Source of the DNA: Nanobdellota archaeon
GTDB taxonomy: Archaea > Nanobdellota > Nanobdellia > Woesearchaeales > GW2011-AR4
Direction of reading: 5' to 3'
Length of the DNA: 39,473 bases
Assembly: GCA_038046385.1 (NCBI GenBank)
Contig: JBBSWH010000003.1
Location: 1 to 39,473 of the forward strand
Positions 19,310 through 26,722 of this stretch are shown in pieces; within the stretch, counting starts at the first letter, position 1, and each line of letters opens with the position of its first letter. The notes beneath the pieces are model-generated. The model did no database searches. It was not told where the DNA came from and worked only from the letters and a program-made list of their open reading frames with translations. The position numbers and the translations under genes are program-made.

Positions 19310-20694
19310 GCACAACAACCACGATGAAGGAATATAAAACAATAACCAAGATCAAAGGACCGCTGGTTTTTGTAGAGAAAACAGAACCAGTTGGATACGC
19401 GGACATTGTAAAGATAGCATTGCCAAGCGGAGAAATAAAGAACGGGCAAGTTCTGGATACGAGCGACGATATTGTAGTTGTTCAGGTCTTTGAAGGAACT
19501 TCAGGAATTGACGTAGAATCCAGAGTAAAATTCTTAGGGGATACGTTAAAATTGAATGTTTCAAAGGACATGCTTGGGCGTGTTTTAAGCGGCTCCGGAA
19601 AGCCTATTGACAACGGTCCAGAAGTTATACCTGAGAAAAAGATTGATATCATCGGCGCTGCAATAAATCCATTTTCAAGAGCGCCTCCGCATGACTTCAT
19701 CCAAACAGGAATTTCAACAATAGATGCGATGAATACTCTAGTCAGAGGGCAAAAACTTCCTTTGTTTTCTGGTTCAGGATTGCCGCATAGTGAGCTTGCT
19801 TTGCAGATTGCCAGACAGGCAAAAGTTGTTGGAAAACAGGAGAACTTCGTAGTTGTATTTGCGGCAATGGGAATCACAAACGAAGAAGCGCAATATTTTA
19901 TGAGCGACTTTGAGCAGACAGGCGCGCTTGAAAGAAGCGTTGTGTTCCTGAATCTTGCAAACGACCCTGCAGTTGAGCGTCTTGTTACACCAAGAATGGC
20001 ACTGACAGCAGCAGAATACTTTGCATATGAGCACGATGCGCACGTTCTTGTTATATTAACCGATATGACAAACTACTGCGAATCTTTAAGAGAAATAGGG
20101 GCGGCTCGTGAAGAGATTCCGGGAAGAAGAGGGTATCCTGGTTACATGTACACTGACCTTGCGATGATATATGAAAGAGCTGGGGTCATCAAGGGAAAGA
20201 AAGGATCTGTTACGCAGATTCCGATTCTTACAATGGTCGGCGACGATATAACCCATCCGATACCGGACTTGACCGGGTACATCACAGAAGGGCAGATTGT
20301 TCTTTCAAGAGAACTTCATAGGAGGGGAGTCTATCCTAGCGTTGACGTTTTGCCTTCACTTTCAAGATTGATGAATCTTGGAATCGGAAGCGACAAAACA
20401 CGCGATGATCATAAGCAAGTATCTGACCAGATGTATGCAGCTTATGCAGAAGGCCGTGATTTACGTGGATTAGTGGCTATTGTCGGAGAAGAAGCTCTTA
20501 GCGACCGCGATAAAAGACTTTTGAAGTTCGCAGCCGAATTCGAGGATAAGTTTGTTCGTCAGAGAAGAGACGAGGACAGAAGCATTGCTGAAACTTTAGA
20601 TTTGGGATGGAAACTGCTTGGAGCAATTCCTGAAAACGAGCTTACAAGAATAAGCCCGGAGCTGAAGAAGAAGTACTACAAGGCGCAAATTTGA
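19306..20694 (+). CDS. atpB: A-type ATP synthase subunit B
   Basis: [29 protein letters not shown] and [17 protein letters not shown]; ATGA overlap with atpA. Confidence 0.98.
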   Translation: MSTTTTMKEYKTITKIKGPLVFVEKTEPVGYADIVKIALPSGEIKNGQVLDTSDDIVVVQVFEGTSGIDVESRVKFLGDTLKLNVSKDMLGRVLSGSGKPIDNGPEVIPEKKIDIIGAAINPFSRAPPHDFIQTGISTIDAMNTLVRGQKLPLFSGSGLPHSELALQIARQAKVVGKQENFVVVFAAMGITNEEAQYFMSDFEQTGALERSVVFLNLANDPAVERLVTPRMALTAAEYFAYEHDAHVLVILTDMTNYCESLREIGAAREEIPGRRGYPGYMYTDLAMIYERAGVIKGKKGSVTQIPILTMVGDDITHPIPDLTGYITEGQIVLSRELHRRGVYPSVDVLPSLSRLMNLGIGSDKTRDDHKQVSDQMYAAYAEGRDLRGLVAIVGEEALSDRDKRLLKFAAEFEDKFVRQRRDEDRSIAETLDLGWKLLGAIPENELTRISPELKKKYYKAQI

Positions 20695-20724
20695 TTGTTT
20701 GCATTGTAAAATATAAAATTTAAT

Positions 20725-20839
20725 TTCCGTGCCTTCGGCACAAAAGATAGGCGCCCCCGCATTGGGCGCAAATATATTGTAAAATGTATTGCGAGATGGT
20801 CGGATGCCATCGAGCTGTAATATTTGTTGCGAAGCAACA
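20725..20839. repeat. Cluster of four GC-rich hairpins in the atpB-atpD spacer
   Basis: GTGCC-ttc-GGCAC, GCGCCC..GGGCGC, GATGG..CCATC and TGTTGC-gaa-GCAACA. Confidence 0.65.
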
Positions 20840-20944
20840 GAAAAATAAATAACAAAAACAATAACGAAAAAACTCAATAACGAATAACATTAAACAAAAT
20901 CAATAAAATATTACAAATAAAAATTATCAAAACAATTACAAAAA

Positions 20945-21562
20945 ATGGCACAGGACGTAAAACCGACAAGAAGCGAATTATTGAAGCTGAAGAAGCAGAT
21001 TAAGCTGGCTAAATCAGGATATTCGCTATTGAAGAAGAAAAGAGACGGCCTGATACTTGAGTTTTTTGAGATACTGAAGAAGGCAAAGACACTAAGGGCA
21101 GAACTTGTTGCAGAATATCTTGTTGCAATTGAAAGCATAAATGTTGCGAGGGCGATTGAAGGCGACTTAAAGGTGAAGTCTGTCGCGATGTCAATCAAAA
21201 AGGCGCCTGACATAAAGCTTGCGACAAAGAACATAATGGGGGTAAAAGTCCCGAAGATTGAATCCGCTGTCATCAAGAAGGGATTCATGGAAAGGGGCTA
21301 CGGAGTTTACAATTCATCTGCAATCGACGAAGCTGCTGCAGCGTATGAAAAAGTTTCTGAAAAGATACTGCTTGCTGCTGAAGTAGAGACTTCAATGAGA
21401 AAACTGCTTAATGAAATCGAGAAGACAAAAAGAAGGGTCAATGCGCTTGAGTTTGTTGTTATTCCCCATCTGGATAAACAGAAGGCATTCATTCAGCTTC
21501 GTTTGGAAGAGATGGAACGTGAAAACGTGTTTAGGATGAAGAGAATCAAGGCGAAAGCCTGA
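20945..21562 (+). CDS. atpD: A-type ATP synthase subunit D
   Basis: KPTRSEL, GYSLLKKKRD, KTKRRVNALE and LEEMERE. Confidence 0.97.
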   Translation: MAQDVKPTRSELLKLKKQIKLAKSGYSLLKKKRDGLILEFFEILKKAKTLRAELVAEYLVAIESINVARAIEGDLKVKSVAMSIKKAPDIKLATKNIMGVKVPKIESAVIKKGFMERGYGVYNSSAIDEAAAAYEKVSEKILLAAEVETSMRKLLNEIEKTKRRVNALEFVVIPHLDKQKAFIQLRLEEMERENVFRMKRIKAKA

Positions 21563-21678
21563 TGCCGGAATTAAATAAATTTAGATTGTTCTCAAAAATT
21601 ACATATTAGTTTGAGGCAGCAATGCTATAAATTCTTTGTAAGGAAATATATTTAAAGGAATACGCAAAAAGAAAGAAC

Positions 21679-22065
21679 ATGACAATAATCCTTAAGGTCA
21701 GGTATGGCTTGCTTGCAGATTTTGATTTGCACCAACCAACTGAAAAATTTGAATTTATTAGCGGAGATGGAAGAGCCGGAACACAAATACAACTGAATAG
21801 CGGATTGACAATCGGCAGGTCAGGCTCAGATTTATTAATCGCTCCGGCAATGACGTGTGTTTCAAGAATGCACTGCCAAATAAATTCTCCTTTGCTTGGA
21901 GAGTGGAACATACAAGATTTAGGCTCAAAATTTGGAACATTCTTAAAAATAGAGGACAATTTAATGAAATTACAGCCAAATGAAGAAGTTGCACTGCAAA
22001 AAGGAAGCATAATAATTCTAGGAGACCCCAGAAATGATAGGAGAGTTGAATTAGAAGTAGAATAA
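21679..22065 (+). CDS. FHA domain protein
   Basis: TIGR, VSRMH and DLGSKFGTF (usually NGT), ending IILG. Confidence 0.88.
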   Translation: MTIILKVRYGLLADFDLHQPTEKFEFISGDGRAGTQIQLNSGLTIGRSGSDLLIAPAMTCVSRMHCQINSPLLGEWNIQDLGSKFGTFLKIEDNLMKLQPNEEVALQKGSIIILGDPRNDRRVELEVE

Positions 22066-22095
22066 CCTAATCTTAATTAAATAAATATTTTTGAC

Positions 22096-22221
22096 ATGAA
22101 AAAATCAACAAAACAAAAAATTCTGAAGAAAGCTCCAATAATCCTTCATATAATCAATGCTGTTCTTCTGGTATTCTTTCTTGTTTACCTTTATTTTTGG
22201 GTTAAGGCGAGGACGAAGTAA
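22096..22221 (+). CDS. 41-aa single-TM small protein (not in ORF track)
   Basis: MKKSTKQKILKKAPIILHIINAVLLVFFLVYLYFWVKARTK*: basic N-terminus and one clean TM helix, filling the intergenic gap. Confidence 0.65.
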   Translation: MKKSTKQKILKKAPIILHIINAVLLVFFLVYLYFWVKARTK

Positions 22222-22259
22222 AGCAAAAATTTAAAAGCAAATATTAACTACCACAAAAA

Positions 22260-23507
22260 ATGCAAAAATTCCTAACATTAAACGATTTGGATGTGAAAGG
22301 AAAGCGAGTTCTTGTGAGAGTTGACTTTAACGTTCCGCTTGACAAAAAGACAGGCGAAATAACTGATGATAAAAGAATAAAGGAATCATTGCCGACGATA
22401 AAATTTCTGATTGAGAGAAATGCTAAGGTCATTCTTTGCTCGCATCTTGGAAGGCCGGACGGAAAAGCTGCAGAAAATTTAAGGATGGACAAAGTTGCTT
22501 TGCGTTTGCAGCAGATGATTAACAGGAAAGTTTTGAAATTAAATGACTGCGTCGGGGATTATGTCAAGGAACACATCATGAAAATGAGAGATGGAGATGT
22601 TATTTTGCTTGAAAACTTAAGGTTTCATGCAGAAGAAGAGGAAAATGATGCAGAATTCTCAAAACAATTAGCTGATTTGGCTGAATTGTATGTTAATGAT
22701 GCGTTTGGAACATGCCACAGGGCGCATGCTTCAACTTACGGAGCTGCGCAATACCTGCAGTCAGCAGCAGGATTCCTTGTCGAGAAGGAATTAAGGATAA
22801 TGGGCAAGGCAATGGAAAACCCTGAAAGGCCTTTTGTCGGCATTTTGGGCGGAGTAAAGATATCTGACAAGATAAAAGTGATTGAAAGCTTGCTGTCAAA
22901 AGTTGATAAACTGCTGCTTGGAGGTGCGATGATATTCACATTCTACAAGGCGCAGGGAAAAAATATTGGAGCGTCGAAGTTTGACGAAACAGGAGTAGGA
23001 TTGGCAAAGAGATTATTGAAGTCCTACGGAAGCGAAGCTTCCGGGGAACTCGCAAATCAAAAATTTGCGAGTAACCCAAAAATAATACTGCCGACAGATA
23101 TTGTTGTTGCAGACAAGTTTGATGCAAACGCTGAATCAAGTATTGTTGATGTTGATTCAATGCCGGATGAATGGCTTGGGCTGGATATCGGGCCGGAGAC
23201 AATAAAAAATTACAAACAAATACTTTCAGGCGCAAAAACAATAGTCTGGAACGGGCCAATGGGCGTGTTTGAATTTGAAAAGTTTGCAGCGGGCACAAAG
23301 GAAATTGCGCAGTTCATGACAACAATCAAAGCAGTTACAATCATAGGCGGCGGCGATTCAGCTGCTGCTGTCGAGAAGTTTGGATACGCTTCAAAATTGA
23401 CGCACGTCAGCACAGGCGGAGGCGCTTCTCTTGAATTCTTTGAAGGAAAAAAACTTCCTGGAATTGAAGCGCTGGAAGAAAGTTTTAGTAAAAATCAAGT
23501 AGCGTAA
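22260..23507 (+). CDS. pgk: Phosphoglycerate kinase, bacterial-type, with an insertion of about 17 aa
   Basis: RVDFNVP, SHLGRP, LLENLRF, NDAFGTCHRAHAS, WNGPMGVFE and HVSTGGGASL. Confidence 0.98.
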   Translation: MQKFLTLNDLDVKGKRVLVRVDFNVPLDKKTGEITDDKRIKESLPTIKFLIERNAKVILCSHLGRPDGKAAENLRMDKVALRLQQMINRKVLKLNDCVGDYVKEHIMKMRDGDVILLENLRFHAEEEENDAEFSKQLADLAELYVNDAFGTCHRAHASTYGAAQYLQSAAGFLVEKELRIMGKAMENPERPFVGILGGVKISDKIKVIESLLSKVDKLLLGGAMIFTFYKAQGKNIGASKFDETGVGLAKRLLKSYGSEASGELANQKFASNPKIILPTDIVVADKFDANAESSIVDVDSMPDEWLGLDIGPETIKNYKQILSGAKTIVWNGPMGVFEFEKFAAGTKEIAQFMTTIKAVTIIGGGDSAAAVEKFGYASKLTHVSTGGGASLEFFEGKKLPGIEALEESFSKNQVA

Positions 23508-25252
23508 TAATATTTTCCAGAATCTTTTTGTTCTCTGTCTAAACGAGAATCTAACTTGTTAACTCTCGGCCTGTTTGTTTCCGGATCTCTTCTTAAAGTG
23601 ATTTTAAGCTCTTTCAAAAATATATTCATGCCTTCTTCCATGTCAAACGGACCGTGAACATTGCCTTCAACAGCAGGCTTTCCTTCAAAGACTGTAATTT
23701 TGTCGCTTATGTAGTCTATAAACAGCAAATCGTGGTCTACAATCAATGCAGATGATCCTTTGTGTTCGATAAAATCACGCACAACTTTTGACAAAACAAG
23801 CCTTTGTTCAGAATCAAGATAAGCTGATGGCTCGTCCATAAGGTATAAATCAGCATCATGCTGCAGGCAATGCACAATCGCAACGCGTTGCAGTTCTCCT
23901 CCTGACAATTCACTTAATTTTTTTAATGACAGCGGAACAATATTCAATGGCTCTATTAACTGGTTTTCGTATTTTTTGAATGCTGTATTAAGAACATCAA
24001 CAACAAGCTCGTCAGACGCTTCAAGATACTGGGGCTTGTAAGAAACTTTTACTTTTTGCGATATTTCCCCTTTGTCCTGTTTTATGACAGAAGCAAGAAT
24101 CTTGATGAACGTTGTCTTTCCTGTTCCGTTTTCTCCGAGAATGCCTATGATTTCGTTTCTGAGTATAACTCCTTCATCTGCTTTTAGCGTGAAATGTCCA
24201 AGTTTTTTCTCAACGTTTTTCCACGATGTAATAATATCTTTTGTATGCTTCTTTTTTATCGGAGGCTTTTCTGCGAATTTTATTTTTGAATCCCTAAACC
24301 TTACGTTTTCTTCCTTTATGTAGCCTGACAGATATACATTGATTCCGTTTTTGACTGGCTTTATTCCGGACACAATCCCGTACGCGCCTTCATTTCCGTA
24401 CATCAGATGGATTAAATCGCAGATATAATCCAGAATTATCAAATCGTGCTCTACAACAAGCACTGCTGTTTTTTCATTGATAAGGTTTTTTATGAATTTG
24501 CTTACTTTAATCCTTTGTTTTATGTCAAGATAGCTTGCCGGCTCGTCAAAAATGTACAGATTTGCGTCTTTCAGCACAGTTGCTGCAATTGCAACCCTTT
24601 GCAGTTCTCCTCCTGAAATTTCTTCAATTTCGTTTTCAAGAATTTCGTTTAACTCTAATTCCGTTGCAATCTCTTTTAACCTGTGCTTTTCATCAACTTT
24701 CTTTAATAAATCAATCACTTTGCCTTTTGTTGACTTTGGAATTAATTCCACTTGCTGAGGCTTGTAAGCAATTTTTATTTCTCCTTTCTTTATCTTCTCA
24801 AAAAATCCCTGCGCTTCTGTTCCTTTGAAAAAAGAGATTAACTGGTCATAATCTGTTTCTGTCGCGTTCCAGTCGCCGAAGTTTGGCTTCAAGACACCGG
24901 CAATTACCCTTACGGCTGTTGATTTTCCGATGCCATTCACTCCCAAAATTCCGGTTACGTTGCCAAACGTTGGAGTTGGTACAGAGTAAAGAACGAATTT
25001 GTTTTCCCCAAAGCGATGGATTGGGTTTTTTGTCAGTTCTTCAGGCAGGTTTATTATTTTGATTGAATGAGGCGCTGCCTTTGGACAGATTCCGCAGCCG
25101 TTGCATAACAGCTCGTCAATTCTGAGCTTTCCATCGGCTTGTATTGTGATGCACTCTTTCCCTGTCCTGTTTACAGGGCAAATGCTCTTTATGTGGAGCT
25201 TCTGGTGCATATCCTTCAGCTTTTCGTTATCGACAATAGCTATTCGTGTCAT
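23495..25252 (-). CDS. rli1: Ribosome recycling ATPase ABCE1/Rli1
   Basis: CPVNR..CNGCGIC Fe-S domain, two NBDs (GVNGIGKS and GENGTGKT), SGGELQR twice, C-terminal RPRVNK..S.LD.EQK..G.YYY. Confidence 0.97.
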   Translation of the reverse strand: MTRIAIVDNEKLKDMHQKLHIKSICPVNRTGKECITIQADGKLRIDELLCNGCGICPKAAPHSIKIINLPEELTKNPIHRFGENKFVLYSVPTPTFGNVTGILGVNGIGKSTAVRVIAGVLKPNFGDWNATETDYDQLISFFKGTEAQGFFEKIKKGEIKIAYKPQQVELIPKSTKGKVIDLLKKVDEKHRLKEIATELELNEILENEIEEISGGELQRVAIAATVLKDANLYIFDEPASYLDIKQRIKVSKFIKNLINEKTAVLVVEHDLIILDYICDLIHLMYGNEGAYGIVSGIKPVKNGINVYLSGYIKEENVRFRDSKIKFAEKPPIKKKHTKDIITSWKNVEKKLGHFTLKADEGVILRNEIIGILGENGTGKTTFIKILASVIKQDKGEISQKVKVSYKPQYLEASDELVVDVLNTAFKKYENQLIEPLNIVPLSLKKLSELSGGELQRVAIVHCLQHDADLYLMDEPSAYLDSEQRLVLSKVVRDFIEHKGSSALIVDHDLLFIDYISDKITVFEGKPAVEGNVHGPFDMEEGMNIFLKELKITLRRDPETNRPRVNKLDSRLDREQKDSGKYYYAT

Positions 25253-25391
25253 TGTTTTAGAGGTTTGATTAGATTATACTAGAAAAAATGCCTTATGTAT
25301 GATATATTCAACATTACTCGTAAAAAGGATGCCTTCTTTTTAAATATTTTGAAACAAAAAGCTATATAAAAGCATAAAAATACCCTATTCT

Positions 25392-25550
25392 ATGAAATGC
25401 GAGATATGCTCACAGAAGATTAATACGACTTTCTTAGGCAAGATACTGGGAACGCATGTGAAGGATTTAAAGGGGAAGAAGCATCTTGTATGCTTTGAAT
25501 GCCAGAAGAAGTTCGATACGAAAGAAAAGATATTGGAAGCGGTTAAATGA
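25392..25550 (+). CDS. 52-aa CxxC...CxxC zinc-finger protein (not in ORF track)
   Basis: MKCEICSQKINTTFLGKILGTHVKDLKGKKHLVCFECQKKFDTKEKILEAVK*; TATATAAA box at 25363-25370. Confidence 0.8.
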   Translation: MKCEICSQKINTTFLGKILGTHVKDLKGKKHLVCFECQKKFDTKEKILEAVK

Positions 25551-25553
25551 TAG

Positions 25554-25946
25554 TTACTTCTTTCTAAATTTAAATTTCCTGTTATAATCATCGTGGCTGA
25601 TTATATCCAAGACGAATGCAATAATCTCAATCTCATTGCTTTCTAGCGTGTAAATCATCCTCCAGTAATCAGGCAGGTCAGCAATGAAGAGATTATCAGC
25701 ACCATATTTTTGCCTGTACTCTTTTGGAATCAAATCTTTCTTTGCGTTTTCCCCGTAAAATGGGTTGCTGGCAAGAATGTCAAAAATCCTGTTGATTGCA
25801 TCCAAAAGAGCAATCTCTTTTGTGCCTGTTAGCCCCTTGCTATGATGTTCTCCAACAATTTTATTTAAGCCTTGGAATGCTTTTTCAGCGTCGCCAACAA
25901 GCCTGATAGAAATCTTTTTCCTTAGCTTGCCTTTGTAGGTTTTCAT
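25554..25946 (-). CDS. RelE/ParE-superfamily-like protein, putative toxin
   Basis: Basic 130-aa protein with L..NP..G, LPDYWRMIY and H.DY; ATGA overlap with the upstream gene. Confidence 0.6.
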   Translation of the reverse strand: MKTYKGKLRKKISIRLVGDAEKAFQGLNKIVGEHHSKGLTGTKEIALLDAINRIFDILASNPFYGENAKKDLIPKEYRQKYGADNLFIADLPDYWRMIYTLESNEIEIIAFVLDIISHDDYNRKFKFRKK

Positions 25947-26230
25947 CTAACAACCAATCCTTGCATTTTTTTAAGCCTGCTCTGCGGCTTGAATGCCCAA
26001 AGAACCTTGTCATCATGGACAACAATTTTCCCGCTGTATTCCAAATAGTCAATGACCGCCATCAAAGTCTGATGCATGACTTGTTTTGGAAGCATCCTCT
26101 TTAGTTTTCCAATAGTCAATACTTCTCCTGCCTTCATTAGAGTTTCTTCCACCATTAATACTGTATTAAGGGTCGGACTTCTTTGTTCACTATAATCCCT
26201 TTTCCTGATTTCAAGTATTTCTGGGTTCAT
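25943..26230 (-). CDS. Small winged-HTH-like protein, putative antitoxin/regulator
   Basis: SPTLNTVLMVE...L.R.LPK.V..QTL..VIDYLE.SGKI; palindromes over its start region. Confidence 0.6.
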   Translation of the reverse strand: MNPEILEIRKRDYSEQRSPTLNTVLMVEETLMKAGEVLTIGKLKRMLPKQVMHQTLMAVIDYLEYSGKIVVHDDKVLWAFKPQSRLKKMQGLVVR

Positions 26231-26262
26231 ATCAATTGATATGGTATCAACTGATATATAAA
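26228..26262 (-). promoter_or_regulatory. Two TATCA-N2-TGATA operator palindromes between the TATA box and the start codon
   Basis: Perfect CATATCAATTGATATG (26228-26243) and TATCAACTGATA (26245-26256); TTTATATA on the minus strand at 26255-26262. Confidence 0.7.
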
Positions 26263-26315
26263 TGTTTCGGTTTTCAATAACCTTTAAAATACTGAAATAA
26301 ATCTAGTTCTATACT

Positions 26316-26440
26316 GCCTTCGTAGCTCAGCGGTAGAGCGTCGCTTTCGTAAGCATGAATTTTTGGTCAAGCTTTTTAGCTTGCCTAAAAAGGTTGTTTG
26401 AAACAAGCGAAGGTCAGGGGTTCAAATCCCTTCGAAGGCT
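26316..26440 (+). tRNA. tRNA-Thr(CGT) with a 53-nt intron at 37/38 (26352-26404)
   Basis: GCCTTCG TA GCTC AGCGGTA GAGC G TCGCT TTCGTA|A AGCGA AGGTC AGGGG TTCAAAT CCCTT CGAAGGC T; central helix TTCG/TGAA with 3-nt bulges. Confidence 0.94.
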
Positions 26441-26461
26441 TTTTGTGGCTTTATGCCACAA

Positions 26462-26535
26462 CTTCGTAGAATAGTTCTTTTGGTCAAGCTTTTCTTGTAT
26501 AAGAAAAGGTTGGTGGTAATCCCTTCGAAGGCTTT
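26462..26535 (+). repeat. Degenerate partial duplicate of tRNA-Thr (5' 8-mer, intron hairpin, 3' 18-mer)
   Basis: CTTCGTAG matches 26318-26325, TTTTGGTCAAGCTTTT matches 26361-26376, and AATCCCTTCGAAGGCTTT matches 26425-26442. Confidence 0.8.
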
Positions 26536-26722
26536 ATACTATAGTTTAACTCTCTTATAGACAAGTCGCTTATATTCGAAACAACACAGGAAGCGATTTC
26601 TCATGTTAAGAAGAAGTATTTGGATGAGAATAAGGGGAATTGATATTATATTTCTTAAACTATCTCATAAATTTTACTAATAAGTAGTAACATTTTTAAA
26701 GCAAGAAATATTACTATTTGAC

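Noticed and set aside
20841-20944. CRISPR array or leader
   Set aside because: No regularly spaced 24-47 bp repeats anywhere in the window and no cas genes.
12808-21492. Numerous antisense ORFs of 60-180 aa within the atp operon (similar ones lie in cdc48 and the ABC genes)
   Set aside because: Ser/Phe/Leu-rich antisense shadows of well-supported genes.
23021-23072. BHB intron in pgk
   Set aside because: The only BHB-like drawing excises 22 nt (a frameshift) and has a mismatched central helix; the insert is frame-preserving as it stands.
25385-25591. 68-aa minus-strand ORF from the track
   Set aside because: It is the shadow of the plus-strand zinc-finger gene, which has motifs and a promoter.
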